From the NCBI GenBank assembly GCA_049599475.1, contig JBMYOQ010000035.1, positions 1 through 43,293 on the forward strand: a stretch of 43,293 nucleotides of DNA, given 5' to 3'. Made by a program: the position numbers and the translations under genes. The stretch is from Opitutales bacterium. Lineage in GTDB: Bacteria > Verrucomicrobiota > Verrucomicrobiia > Opitutales > JABSRG01. A model generated the notes under the pieces. That model made no database searches. It was not told the DNA's origin and worked only from the letters and a program-made list of their open reading frames with translations. Shown piece by piece: positions 27,001 to 35,740 of this stretch. Position 1 is the stretch's first letter. Every line of letters begins with the position of its first letter.

Positions 27001-27649
27001 TTAGCTGCGCGGCCGTGCTGATGTAGAAAGGGCGGGAAAGGCGCAGATCGGGTCCATAATTTCTGAAGGTTGCATCGCCTGGGAGGGCGGGGGCCGTGAG
27101 CGAAAAGTCCGTTAGGTCGACATCCGAGGACGTGGTGACATCTTTCCAGTGTATGAGGCGACTAGAGCCCTCGCGCAGGCCGTCGGCATTGAGGACGGAC
27201 AGTGCCATCGTCCCCGCATCGAAGCCGGTCAAGGTGGAGCCTGTCAGTTCAAGTGTATGGAGGTGATCCAGTTCCAGGGTAGCCCCGGCTGTTAGGGTGA
27301 CATTACCGGAAAAAGTTGTGCTCGCGTAGAGTTTAAGCGATTTCCCCGACTCGAACGGGAAGTCTCCGCTGTAAATGCGCCCAGCCGCGTGGAGTGTGCC
27401 GCCAGCCGCGACCTTGGATTGAGCGTTGGCGAGATCGGACGTCGCGTCGGTTTCAAATGTGAGCCCCGCCACTTCCTCGGGCTGTCCGGCGCGCCAGGTC
27501 ACGGTGTCCCCGGCATCTAGCCCCGCAGTCCCCTGGTCCACCGTGATGGTGAAATCCTCGGTGACTCCAAGATACACATCACTCGATTGAGCCCATAGAG
27601 ACGCCGAAATTAACGCTGAAGTCAGTGGGAGAAGGGTTCGGAAACACAT
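24056..27649 (-). CDS. Secreted Gly-rich surface protein with a passenger-associated beta-strand repeat and a LamG/ConA-like domain
   Basis: Signal peptide; GFGGGGG repeats; GPGTVILHGEHTYSGTTTLSGGTL; LamG motifs (PIVYWPMD, FTTEFW, YHVV, LFVNG, IDEVALYNKPLS); DEDSDGLSNLWE; terminal FFRLRVEQP. Confidence 0.88.
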   Translation of the reverse strand: MCFRTLLPLTSALISASLWAQSSDVYLGVTEDFTITVDQGTAGLDAGDTVTWRAGQPEEVAGLTFETDATSDLANAQSKVAAGGTLHAAGRIYSGDFPFESGKSLKLYASTTFSGNVTLTAGATLELDHLHTLELTGSTLTGFDAGTMALSVLNADGLREGSSRLIHWKDVTTSSDVDLTDFSLTAPALPGDATFRNYGPDLRLSRPFYISTAAQLSEAFKPRDARGSSGSGLYGNGAIHGDTLSFQNDIILDRKIYPVQRSVTIEGNGFTLDGQDLYHGLFLLGDFTGGRSSPLPGSDPEAAPQDMQVTVRNLTIQNCLSKGGDGFEGGGGGAGLGGAIFVNEGIELVISGVVLEGNKAEGGQGGILDSGLNYYGGGGGLLNGQGYHGGGGGFGSSSSVSARPSDGLGFGGKGGGSADPDEILAFFGHTSDLILGGYDGGEGGNNEPSGDGSGAGGGLGGEDISRVSLDSGDGGDGGFGGGGGRGIGSSDVYGGNGGFGGGGGMASSSGNSYGGDGGFGGGGAGYGQNWLIGGGGSQNGTAGTGGFGASNGSLYGGGPGASLGGALFLHEGATLTLSGSLDIGENSAPRTIGDLSGYGFGSGIFLHGNQTQALSPPFGETIEILGSIADMDGSTYFGKPNTASHQGSAGIVFGGPGTVILHGEHTYSGTTTLSGGTLDLRADLLKSELTVEAAGTLVISDRSTLKGLIVEAGSSVSLRLNPSASLAINGGPFELSESISVDISAYPLLHGLPTVTLIDFSAATNISTTLNQFNTTTPLPSGFSLSIEGNQLLLNAPPIAEPDYQSIVLADAPIVYWPMDHVPALATNSDTTSNAPEVNLGNLGSVADGAFRGPIDATSAELLPNSTSGTGLNLDIAGAANHEGILFTVPFEKYPAGSTGFTTEFWLRVTETIPLNAQTNLVGDGETDPSTSFCFMVNLLNVDGTLLLRPHAYTTTGYAFNGDTPIEVGELYHVVSRWDPGTDGGRLDLFVNGVQSGIHSSFSFPNGFDGTGTGTTPDNTGNQMFVGRDGIFPASQGFEIDEVALYNKPLSDDRIRVHYEAGLASEILIRDEDSDGLSNLWELENGLLPDNSADGPANLAAFAFDLSPGALIPTPEFQIDSNGLIEITHPINPQALGLLNIIPEASTDLGQTDPWSPTGLSIEDITNGLRTIRSTETYENEPKDFFRLRVEQPQAAE

Positions 27650-27935
27650 GAGCGGTGCCTGAGAGGGTGAGTGTGGAGTCCGTAGCGGGGTTTCTGAAAG
27701 AGACTCTTAGGGGAAAAAGAGACGATGTCCAAAAATTTTTAAATATGATGCCCGTGTTTTATTTGACGGATCAATTCGTATGGTTTTCGGCTATACGGCA
27801 TTGTTTATCAAACAAAACCACTCGATCTTGCTAGCCATGAGCGTGCCACGATAAGCGGCTCCTGCAAAGTGATGCGCATTGGCTGGGCGAAATCGCTATC
27901 TTACTACCCCATCTCCCAATTTAAAACTTCGTCCA

Positions 27936-27956
27936 CCGCCGGAGGTCGGCGGCTAC
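27936..27956 (-). repeat. GTAG-type REP-like palindrome downstream of rnhC
   Basis: Minus strand GTAG-CCGCCG-ACCTC-CGGCGG, a perfect 6-bp stem. Confidence 0.55.
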
Positions 27957-27979
27957 CTCTATCTTGCTCTGATGGTGGA

Positions 27980-28954
27980 TTACCTTTTCCTAAAAACCTT
28001 TTTCTCCGGCGGCTCCAGGCCTTGCGCCAAATAGCTGGTGCGGAAATGCATTTTCGCCACCTTCTCTAGGCCTTCGCGGCCCGATTGCTGAAAAATGCGC
28101 TTGGCCTGTTCGAGGACGTGATTGCCTGCGCCCTTCATGAGCGGTTCACCCGTCGCCTCCGAAAGCTCTTTCATCTGGGTCACATAAGCATCCCGCGCGA
28201 TGATCGAAGCCGCGGCTACCACTGGATCCGCTTCAGCCTTGGTCTGCATCCGCAAGTCGAAATCGGTATGCTTATTCATGTAGCGCTGCACCAGAGGTTG
28301 TTTGGAAAATTGGTCGAGCATCCCCCAGGGCGCCTGCTTGCGATCGAGCGCTTTTTCCAAGGCCTTAGCGTGTTGCCAGGCCAGGAGAAGGTTCAAATTT
28401 GCCTTAGGCTTCGCCATCAGCTCGTTGTATTTAGGCATGCTGAGCATCATGTGCTCAACCACGACTCCGGGCGTCTTACGGATTATCTTAGCTAGTTTCT
28501 GAATGTTGCCATCCGTGATCTTTTTCGAGTCCTGAATGCCAGCCTTCATCCAGCTCTCGACGGCCTTACCGTCTGCAATCACGGTAGCCACCGAGATCGA
28601 TCCGAAGCAGTCACCTTTGCCGCTCTCGTCCATACCCGCGTGCAGCTCAAACCACTCGGGATGATGGACTGACTCGTAGCCCAGCTGGGGATCACCAGTC
28701 ACTTCCGACTCCAAAATATCACGCACAAAATCCTCAGTCCCCTTGCCTTGGACGACAAGCTTACCACTCTGATAACCGACCACATTGCAGGAAGCTCCTT
28801 TGAATGCGAACCGGGCGTAGGCGACCTCATAGTCTTGCCAACCGCGCGCACTCAAAATGTCCTCCAGCTTCTCCATGTGTTCATCGGAGATCTTGAGCGT
28901 ATACATCGTCTTGCCGCGCTCTTCCGAGCTCTTGGATTTGCCAGATTTTGCCAT
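27980..28954 (-). CDS. rnhC: Ribonuclease HIII
   Basis: N-terminal TBP-like domain (YQSGKLVVQGKG), GMDESGKGDCFG, DSKKI, DQF, KAEADPVVAAASIIAR and AKMHFRT. Confidence 0.96.
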   Translation of the reverse strand: MAKSGKSKSSEERGKTMYTLKISDEHMEKLEDILSARGWQDYEVAYARFAFKGASCNVVGYQSGKLVVQGKGTEDFVRDILESEVTGDPQLGYESVHHPEWFELHAGMDESGKGDCFGSISVATVIADGKAVESWMKAGIQDSKKITDGNIQKLAKIIRKTPGVVVEHMMLSMPKYNELMAKPKANLNLLLAWQHAKALEKALDRKQAPWGMLDQFSKQPLVQRYMNKHTDFDLRMQTKAEADPVVAAASIIARDAYVTQMKELSEATGEPLMKGAGNHVLEQAKRIFQQSGREGLEKVAKMHFRTSYLAQGLEPPEKKVFRKR

Positions 28955-28956
28955 AA

Positions 28957-30003
28957 ATGCCTTCCACAGTAAAAGAGACCCTGCCCGCCAAACTAAATCA
29001 AAATCTCCCGGAATTTCGAAATCAGCTCCTGGGCTGGTATGATCGCGAGCATCGAAAGTTGCCCTGGCGCGTCGAAAAAAGCACCTATCGGACCGTCGTT
29101 TCCGAGCTCATGTGCCAGCAGACACAGATCGCCACGGTGCTGCCCTATTTCGATCGCTGGATGCGCGAACTTCCCGATTTCGAAGCCCTCGCCGCAGCGC
29201 CGGAAGCTCAGGTCCTCAAGCTCTGGGAAGGCCTCGGTTACTACAGCCGCGCGCGCAACCTCCAGAAGCTCGCCAAAGCCCTCGTCGAAATGGATGCCTA
29301 TCCGACCGACGCTAAAGGCTGGCAACGGCTTCCGGGCATCGGCCCATACACCGCTGCCGCGATCGCGAGTATACACAATGAGCAGCCCATAGCCGTCGTC
29401 GATGGCAACGTCATCCGAGTCATCACACGTCTCACCGCAGACGAGCGCCCATTCAAAGACGGCCCATCCGCCGCCAAGCTCCTCCAAGATACCGCAAACC
29501 AGCTCCAGGAGTCCGCACGCCCCGGCGATTACAATCAAGCTACGATGGAACTCGGAGCCCTGATTTGCACGAAGCACAACCCCATGTGCACCGTATGCCC
29601 GGTCGTAAATCTCTGCGCGTCGGCCGCTCAAGGCACCCAAGAAGCATTCCCCAAGTTGGTCCCCAAGAAGGTAACGAAGGTAGAAATCCCACGCGCCTGG
29701 GTCTTCGACAAAGTAAACAAGACCTTGCTCCTCGCCAAAATACCCGACACGGCCAAACGCTTAGCTGGCCACTGCGAACTTCCCGAGCTTCAGAAACTCG
29801 GCGCAAACGTATCCCCGAAAAATCTCATGGCGAAAAAGAGCCGCGGCATCTCAAACCAGCGCATCGCCGAACCGATTTATACCGCCCAACCACCATACGA
29901 CCTCCCCCAAAACCACTTCTGGGCCAAAATCGACGCACTCGACACAGTGCAACTCACTGGCCCCCATCGCCGCTGGATCGAAGAGCTTCTGAAAAAAGAA
30001 TAA
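28957..30003 (+). CDS. mutY: A/G-specific adenine glycosylase
   Basis: LPWR, VSELMCQQTQ, WEGLGYYSRARNL, LPGIGPYTA, VDGNVIRV and the Fe-S motif CTKHNPMCTVCPVVNLC. Confidence 0.97.
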   Translation: MPSTVKETLPAKLNQNLPEFRNQLLGWYDREHRKLPWRVEKSTYRTVVSELMCQQTQIATVLPYFDRWMRELPDFEALAAAPEAQVLKLWEGLGYYSRARNLQKLAKALVEMDAYPTDAKGWQRLPGIGPYTAAAIASIHNEQPIAVVDGNVIRVITRLTADERPFKDGPSAAKLLQDTANQLQESARPGDYNQATMELGALICTKHNPMCTVCPVVNLCASAAQGTQEAFPKLVPKKVTKVEIPRAWVFDKVNKTLLLAKIPDTAKRLAGHCELPELQKLGANVSPKNLMAKKSRGISNQRIAEPIYTAQPPYDLPQNHFWAKIDALDTVQLTGPHRRWIEELLKKE

Positions 30004-30028
30004 TTCTCCATACTTTTAGACTGAGGGT

Positions 30029-30204
30029 CTCACGCAATGAACCGAAGCCCCCAAGAATATACTCACAGATTTTCTACCGCATTTACGCTTTGGGTCTTAG
30101 CGTATTGAGTGGAGCGGGCGTGAAAATTTATATGAATCTGAATTCACTTGCTTAGAATTCTGGAATTTAGGCTCACGCGAAGGCGCAAAGCCGCGAAGCG
30201 TAAA
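30029..30204. repeat. Cluster of three CTCACGC-(8-mer)n repeat arms
   Basis: Forward degenerate arm at 30029-30056, reverse arm at 30081-30123 and forward arm at 30172-30204 (CTCACGCGAAGGCGCAAAGCCGCGAAGCGTAAA). Confidence 0.75.
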
Positions 30205-30325
30205 CACGGTAAGGTTTTGAGTCTTTAACTTAGGCTGAAAGGGGCGGGATTAAACAAAATCCACGGAATAATTAATCGAATCAAAAAAGCGCGAAAATCG
30301 ACACCCGCGTCCCCGTTTATTCTCC

Positions 30326-31441
30326 GTGCTTTCTCATCTAGACGCGGCCCTGACCCTCAACGCGATCCCCCACTGGGGGCCTATTCGTGTTGCCCGTGTC
30401 TGTGAGGAGGCATCCTGTTCCTTTGAGGAAATTTTTGAGCTCAGTGACCGCGAACTAAAATCTATTCGCGACATCGGAACGAGGTCGATCGATTCATTGC
30501 GCCGTCGCAAGGAAGTCTTCGACCTGGATCGTGAGAAAAGGAACCTAGAAAAATCCAATACCCAATTTCTGACACGCGCAGACGCCTCTTATCCGCAGAG
30601 ACTCAAAAATCTACCCGATGCCCCTATCGGCCTTTATTGGCGTGGCCCACAAGACGCCAGCCTAGCCGAAATTGCCATCGTGGGCAGTCGCCGCACTTCG
30701 CCCTATGGCCGGCGATTAGCTGAGGAATGGGCACGTGTATTTTCAGAAAAAGGCATCACCGTAGTCAGCGGCCTCGCTCGTGGGATCGACGGCCATGCTC
30801 ACTACGGAGCCCTCGACGGCCGGGGAAACACCATCGCAGTTCTCGGTTCAGCGCTCGACCGCATTTATCCTGCCGAGCACATCGACCTATTTCGCCAAAT
30901 TGAGCACGGAGGCGCCGTTGTCTCCGAGATGCCCTTCGGGCGCCCTGCCAGCAAGACTAGCTTCCCCATGCGCAATCGCATTGTTTCCGGTATGGTAAGG
31001 CTTGTTCTCGTCGTCGAAACCGACGAATCCGGCGGCAGTATGATCACTGCAAAATTCGCCGCAGACCAAGGGAAAATCGTAGCGGCAATCCCAGGACGCA
31101 TCGACTCCAAGCAGAGCGCCGGCTGCCACCAACTCATACGCGACGGGGCCATTTTAGTAACTTCGCCCGATGAGGTCCTGGAAGAGCTTTCCTGGGAAAC
31201 CCAATACAGGGGCACTCAACTAGATTTCGCGCTGGGAACAGAATCTGAATCCCAAAAAACCGAACTATCACCGATCGAGTCTCAAATCCTCGCCACACTC
31301 GAAGGCGGCGAATCCGCATCCGCCGATAGATTCGTAGACATCCTCGATCGCCCTTTCCCCGAAGTCGCCTCCACCCTCATGATGCTCGAGCTCAAACAAA
31401 GCATCACCAAACGCGCCGACGGGACCTACGAGAAACGATAA
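30326..31441 (+). CDS. dprA: DNA-processing protein DprA/Smf
   Basis: IAIVGSR, VVSGLARGIDG..H, TIAVLG, FPMRNRIVSG, SGGSMITA, GCHQLIRDGA and a C-terminal winged helix. Confidence 0.97.
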   Translation: MLSHLDAALTLNAIPHWGPIRVARVCEEASCSFEEIFELSDRELKSIRDIGTRSIDSLRRRKEVFDLDREKRNLEKSNTQFLTRADASYPQRLKNLPDAPIGLYWRGPQDASLAEIAIVGSRRTSPYGRRLAEEWARVFSEKGITVVSGLARGIDGHAHYGALDGRGNTIAVLGSALDRIYPAEHIDLFRQIEHGGAVVSEMPFGRPASKTSFPMRNRIVSGMVRLVLVVETDESGGSMITAKFAADQGKIVAAIPGRIDSKQSAGCHQLIRDGAILVTSPDEVLEELSWETQYRGTQLDFALGTESESQKTELSPIESQILATLEGGESASADRFVDILDRPFPEVASTLMMLELKQSITKRADGTYEKR

Positions 31442-31457
31442 TTTCACACAGCCCGAA

Positions 31458-31500
31458 GCATTTAAGCTTTCATCCTTCATCCCTCATCCTTCATCCTTCA
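31458..31500 (+). repeat. Heptamer (TCATCCT) tandem repeat arm
   Basis: GCATTTAAGCTT followed by TCATCCT/TCATCCC x4; near-identical to the arms at 34718-34810. Confidence 0.85.
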
Positions 31501-31504
31501 GTGA

Positions 31505-32803
31505 ATGTCGGATCTCTACATTCAAGGTGGCCACGCGCTCAACGGAAACATACACCCTCAGGGCAACAAAAACGCAGCTCTGCCTTTGCTATGTGCGTCG
31601 CTGTTGACCGATGAGTTGGTCGTTTTGGAGAACATTCCGAATATCACCGATGTGGAGAAACTGGTCTCGTTTTTCCGAGAAATGGGCTCGGAGATCCATT
31701 GGGACAAAGACGCAAAGCGCGTCGAACTCTCTCACAAGAAACTTGGCGACCAGAGAGATGTTGAACTCCCCTCTGGAATGCGTTCGTCGGTCCTTTTATT
31801 CGCTCCGCTATTGCATCGATTGGGCCGCGTACCGATTGCCGTAAACGCCAAAGGGTGCGCCCTCGGCGTCCGTGAGCTCGATCCTCATATTGAAATTTTG
31901 CAACACTTTGGCGCGTATCTAAAACGCACAGATACCTCACTCACTCTGGAGCTACCAAGCGGCCAGCTTGAGGGCTGTCGACACTGGATGGATTACATGT
32001 CGGTAACCGCCACCGAAAACTTTGTAATGGCGGCAGTTCTCGCCAAGGGGAAATCCACTCTGCTCAATGCAGCGAGTGAGCCTCACGTCCAAGACGTCTG
32101 CCACTTCCTGAGTCAGCTCGGTGCGAAGATCACCGGTATCGGGACGAGTATGCTCGAAATCGAAGGTATTGATGCGCTTGGAAATGGCTCCTTCCGGGTG
32201 TCTTCCGACTACCACGAGATCGTCACCTTCCTAGCCCTCGGCGCGATGACCGACGGCGATATCTCTGTGCACGACGTGCAAACCAAGCACTTTGACCTGA
32301 TCCGCCGCTCATTTGCAAAACTCGGGGTCGATTTGGAAAGCGATGGCGAGACGCTGCGCGTCCGCCCTGGGCAAAACCGAGTCGTCCAGCAGCCCTTTAC
32401 CTCGAACATTCTTCCCAAAATCGAAGCGGCCCCGTGGCCCTATTTCCCAGTGGACTTGCTTCCACTGATGATCGCCCTCTCGGTCCGCGCCCAAGGTGAA
32501 GTATCCTTCTGGAATAAGGTCTATGAAAACGGATTTTCCTGGATACCCGAGCTCACCAAATTTGGCGCTCACGTGGTGGTAAGCGACCCACACAGAATCA
32601 TAGTATTTGGCGACCGCAAACTGCGCCCTGCCACGGTCGAAGCTCCATACATTATCCGAGCAGCGGTCGCGCTCTACATGGTGGCAGCAAGTATTCCTGG
32701 CGAGAGTCGCGTAAGGCACGCCGATCCTATCCGACGCGCACATCCTGGTTTCGTGGAGAATCTCCAGCGGCTCGGTGCTTCTGTAGAATGGCGTGACGAG
32801 TGA
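31505..32803 (+). CDS. murA: UDP-N-acetylglucosamine 1-carboxyvinyltransferase
   Basis: GNKNAALP, MRSSVL, GCALGVRELDPH (catalytic Cys), SVTATEN, NAASEPH and PWPYFPVDL. Confidence 0.95.
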   Translation: MSDLYIQGGHALNGNIHPQGNKNAALPLLCASLLTDELVVLENIPNITDVEKLVSFFREMGSEIHWDKDAKRVELSHKKLGDQRDVELPSGMRSSVLLFAPLLHRLGRVPIAVNAKGCALGVRELDPHIEILQHFGAYLKRTDTSLTLELPSGQLEGCRHWMDYMSVTATENFVMAAVLAKGKSTLLNAASEPHVQDVCHFLSQLGAKITGIGTSMLEIEGIDALGNGSFRVSSDYHEIVTFLALGAMTDGDISVHDVQTKHFDLIRRSFAKLGVDLESDGETLRVRPGQNRVVQQPFTSNILPKIEAAPWPYFPVDLLPLMIALSVRAQGEVSFWNKVYENGFSWIPELTKFGAHVVVSDPHRIIVFGDRKLRPATVEAPYIIRAAVALYMVAASIPGESRVRHADPIRRAHPGFVENLQRLGASVEWRDE

Positions 32804-33348
32804 GAATAGAATTCGAAACGCCCAGTGGCACCGCCGGCATTCTCAGAGATTGGAAAGATGCCGACTTTCCTGCATTTGCTGAGATGAATGCAGATCCGGA
32901 GGTCATGCGCTATTTATTGAAGACGCTGACCCTCGAAGAGGCCCAGACCTTCCTCAATAAAATCCGCACCCTGATCGCTGAAAACGGCTGGGGATTCTGG
33001 GCCGTGGAAGTCGACGGCGAACTCGCGGGGATGACAGGGCTTCATGCGCCTACTTTCGAGGCTCCCTTCACGCCCTGCGTCGAGATCGGCTGGCGTTTTC
33101 GCAAGCAGTTTTGGGGGCGCAGTATCGCATTCTCGGCGGCACGAACGGCACTGAGTTATGGATTCGAAAAACTGCAGCTCGATGAGATTGTAGCCTTCAC
33201 GACCCAGGGAAATATCCGTTCACAAACCCTGATGAAACGCCTCGGAATGACCTACGACCCCAGGGATGATTTCGACCACCCCATGGTCGAGGCAGACAAT
33301 CCACTTTTGCGGCACGTGCTTTATCGAAAGAGCCGATTGGTTCAATAA
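32800..33348 (+). CDS. GNAT N-acetyltransferase (RimJ/RimL-like)
   Basis: FAEMNADPEVMRY, VEIGWR, FWGR and NIRSQTLMKRLGM; GTGA overlap with murA. Confidence 0.93.
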   Translation: MRIEFETPSGTAGILRDWKDADFPAFAEMNADPEVMRYLLKTLTLEEAQTFLNKIRTLIAENGWGFWAVEVDGELAGMTGLHAPTFEAPFTPCVEIGWRFRKQFWGRSIAFSAARTALSYGFEKLQLDEIVAFTTQGNIRSQTLMKRLGMTYDPRDDFDHPMVEADNPLLRHVLYRKSRLVQ

Positions 33349-33350
33349 GG

Positions 33351-33616
33351 CCTCACGCCCGCGACGCTCAAGCAACAAAGACGCAAAGCTTCTGATGCTG
33401 GGATTTTTCCAAAGATTGAATGATGGCTGTAAGCCTGAATGACCTATGCCCATTCTTAGGGTCTTCGGGGCCTGGCGTGAGCTCTTTTCCACTACCCTAA
33501 GCTGTTCGATCAAGGACCCAGCAGCCAAACTATCCCTCTGCGCATTTAGGGCTATCCATGGTTTAATTCTCTAGAGAACATTGCGTCTTTGCTGCTTCAG
33601 CGTCGCGGGCGTGAGG
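33351..33616. mobile_element. MITE-like element with 36-bp terminal inverted repeats
   Basis: 33351-33386 and the reverse complement of 33581-33616 match at 34/36. A further related arm lies inside at 33455-33481. Confidence 0.7.
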
Positions 33617-33672
33617 ACAGATTCCATTTCTAGAGCTTGCCGTAATGAACATCTCTGAGGATAGTTTTAGTA

Positions 33673-34710
33673 ATGTCTGACGAAGCGTCCAAGGGAGTCG
33701 ATTTTTTGAATAGCACCGCGAGCAAGCGCTCGCCGCAAGATGCCGCGCTGCGACCACTACAATTCTCTGACTTCACGGGCCAGCCAAAGACCATCGAACG
33801 CCTGCAAGTGATGGCCGGCGCTGCGAAATCGCGCGGCGATGCTTTGAGCCATATTCTACTGAGTGGCCCTCCAGGGCTGGGCAAGACCACTCTCGCAATG
33901 ATCTTAGGACAGGAGATGGAGGTAAACGTCCGCGTGACATCTGGGCCCGTTTTGGAAAAGCCAGGCGACCTCGCAGGCCTTCTGACCAATCTTGAGGAGA
34001 ACGACATTCTTTTTATCGATGAGATTCATCGGATGCCGAAAACAGTGGAAGAGTATCTCTACTCGGCTATGGAGGATTTCTGCATCGATATCATGATCGA
34101 TCAGGGTCCTAACGCACGCAGCGTGCGTCTGAATGTCCAGAAATTCACGCTCATTGGAGCGACTACACGCGTAGGCCTACTGACTGCGCCGCTGCGGAGT
34201 CGTTTCACACTGCAGACCCGCTTGCACTACTATCAGCGCCCGGAGTTAATGAAGATCGTTAAGCGCACCTGCGAACTGCTCGAGGTAAGCATCGATGAGG
34301 CAGGCGCTGAAGAGATCGCACGACGCGCTCGCGGGACACCGCGTATCACTAACAACTTGGTGCACTTTGTCCGTGATTTTGCCCAACAACGCTCTGATGG
34401 CACCGTGAGTCAAGCCACTGCAGCATCGGCCCTCGAGCTCCTTGAAATCGACCAAAACGGCCTCGACGAGCAAGACAAACGGATTCTAGCCGCCATGGCC
34501 AATCACCACAGTGGCGGACCTGTCGGACTCAGCACTATCGCTGTAGCGATCGGCGAAGAGACACATACGGTTGAAGAAGTCCACGAGCCGTTCCTAATAC
34601 AAGAGGGCTACCTCCAACGCACCCCCCAAGGACGCGTGCTTACGCCTAAGGCGTGGCAGACGATTGGACTAAGCCCAGACCACAACAACGGCCAAGCGAC
34701 GATGTTTTAG
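33673..34710 (+). CDS. ruvB: Holliday junction branch migration helicase
   Basis: LRP..F..GQ, GPPGLGKTT, LFIDEIHR, LYSAMEDF, IGATTR, PLRSRF, RGTPR and QRTPQGR. Confidence 0.99.
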   Translation: MSDEASKGVDFLNSTASKRSPQDAALRPLQFSDFTGQPKTIERLQVMAGAAKSRGDALSHILLSGPPGLGKTTLAMILGQEMEVNVRVTSGPVLEKPGDLAGLLTNLEENDILFIDEIHRMPKTVEEYLYSAMEDFCIDIMIDQGPNARSVRLNVQKFTLIGATTRVGLLTAPLRSRFTLQTRLHYYQRPELMKIVKRTCELLEVSIDEAGAEEIARRARGTPRITNNLVHFVRDFAQQRSDGTVSQATAASALELLEIDQNGLDEQDKRILAAMANHHSGGPVGLSTIAVAIGEETHTVEEVHEPFLIQEGYLQRTPQGRVLTPKAWQTIGLSPDHNNGQATMF

Positions 34711-34717
34711 GAAATTA

Positions 34718-34810
34718 TGAAGGATGAGGAATGAAGGATGAAAACTTAAATGCTGCGCTTTGGTACTGCGTTTAAGCTTTCATCCTTCATTCCTCAACCT
34801 TCATCCTTAA
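34718..34810. repeat. Inverted pair of heptamer-repeat arms forming a long hairpin
   Basis: TGAAGGATGAGGAATGAAGGATGAAAACTTAAATGC...GCGTTTAAGCTTTCATCCTTCATTCCTCAACCTTCATCCTT between convergent genes. Confidence 0.85.
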
Positions 34811-34814
34811 ATTC

Positions 34815-35708
34815 TTACTCCACTGAAACCGGGACAACGATCTCGCTCTGGCCGGCGATACTCACAAACAAGCTGCCGGCTCCGATCGCGCCACCTTCGA
34901 CCTGCACACTCACCGTGCGCTGGCCTGCCGGAATGATGACCTCAGGCATGATGACACTCTCAGGGATATCAGTCGTCACCTGGACAGCCAAGCCCCCTGG
35001 AGGCGCAGGCGAATCGATATCGAAAGTCAACGCACGGGATGATCCGACACGCAGGTTGAGCGCATCTGGAATTACAGTGATGTTGGCCGCGTCGATTCGG
35101 AATTTTCCGAGAGGCATGTTGCCGTATCCAGATTCCCATACCACGTCGTATGACTCTCCAGCCATCAGGCCAGGTACCGTGAATTCTATGACATTCTCAG
35201 ACACATAACGCGTATCTGCAGCGATCGGCCCCATGACGATAGTATCAGACGGCGTAAATCCACGTCCCAGAACGGGCACAACCGTTCCAACAGGAGCACG
35301 GCTAGTTTCCAGTGTAACCACGTAACGATTCGTTAGGAAAAATTCATTCAACTCGCCAATCTTAGTGCGTACTTTTCCACTCCCTGACTCGAACTGATAG
35401 TTGACTTCGAAATAGTATTTCGCGGAGTCACGATCCTTCGGCAGAGCGTAGTCAAATTGAAAGACACTTTCCGCCCCTTCGCTCGGAATCATCTCATACT
35501 TTTTACCATCGATGACGACACTAGCCGCGATAGAATCCGGATCGACATTACCGTCTGTAATATCAGTCGAAACACCCAAGGTATAGATCCCAGATGGGTT
35601 CTGCGGGATGTCCGAAGGGGTGAGGTTTGTCAGGGAAATATGACATCCAGTGAGGAAAAACGTGACACTGGCAGCGAAGACCTTTGAGATCAGTGGGAAA
35701 TATTTCAT
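34815..35708 (-). CDS. Lipoprotein with IPT/TIG (Ig-like) domains
   Basis: Lipobox FLTGC and the IPT motif APVGTVVPVLGRGF...YVSENVIEFTVP. Start trimmed to ATG 35708. Confidence 0.85.
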   Translation of the reverse strand: MKYFPLISKVFAASVTFFLTGCHISLTNLTPSDIPQNPSGIYTLGVSTDITDGNVDPDSIAASVVIDGKKYEMIPSEGAESVFQFDYALPKDRDSAKYYFEVNYQFESGSGKVRTKIGELNEFFLTNRYVVTLETSRAPVGTVVPVLGRGFTPSDTIVMGPIAADTRYVSENVIEFTVPGLMAGESYDVVWESGYGNMPLGKFRIDAANITVIPDALNLRVGSSRALTFDIDSPAPPGGLAVQVTTDIPESVIMPEVIIPAGQRTVSVQVEGGAIGAGSLFVSIAGQSEIVVPVSVE

Positions 35709-35740
35709 ACGCGCGATTCGGCAAGGTATTGAATAACAAG

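Noticed and set aside
34750..35208. 152-aa plus-strand ORF starting in the heptamer repeat
   Set aside because: Antisense shadow of the IPT lipoprotein gene with a repeat-derived start.
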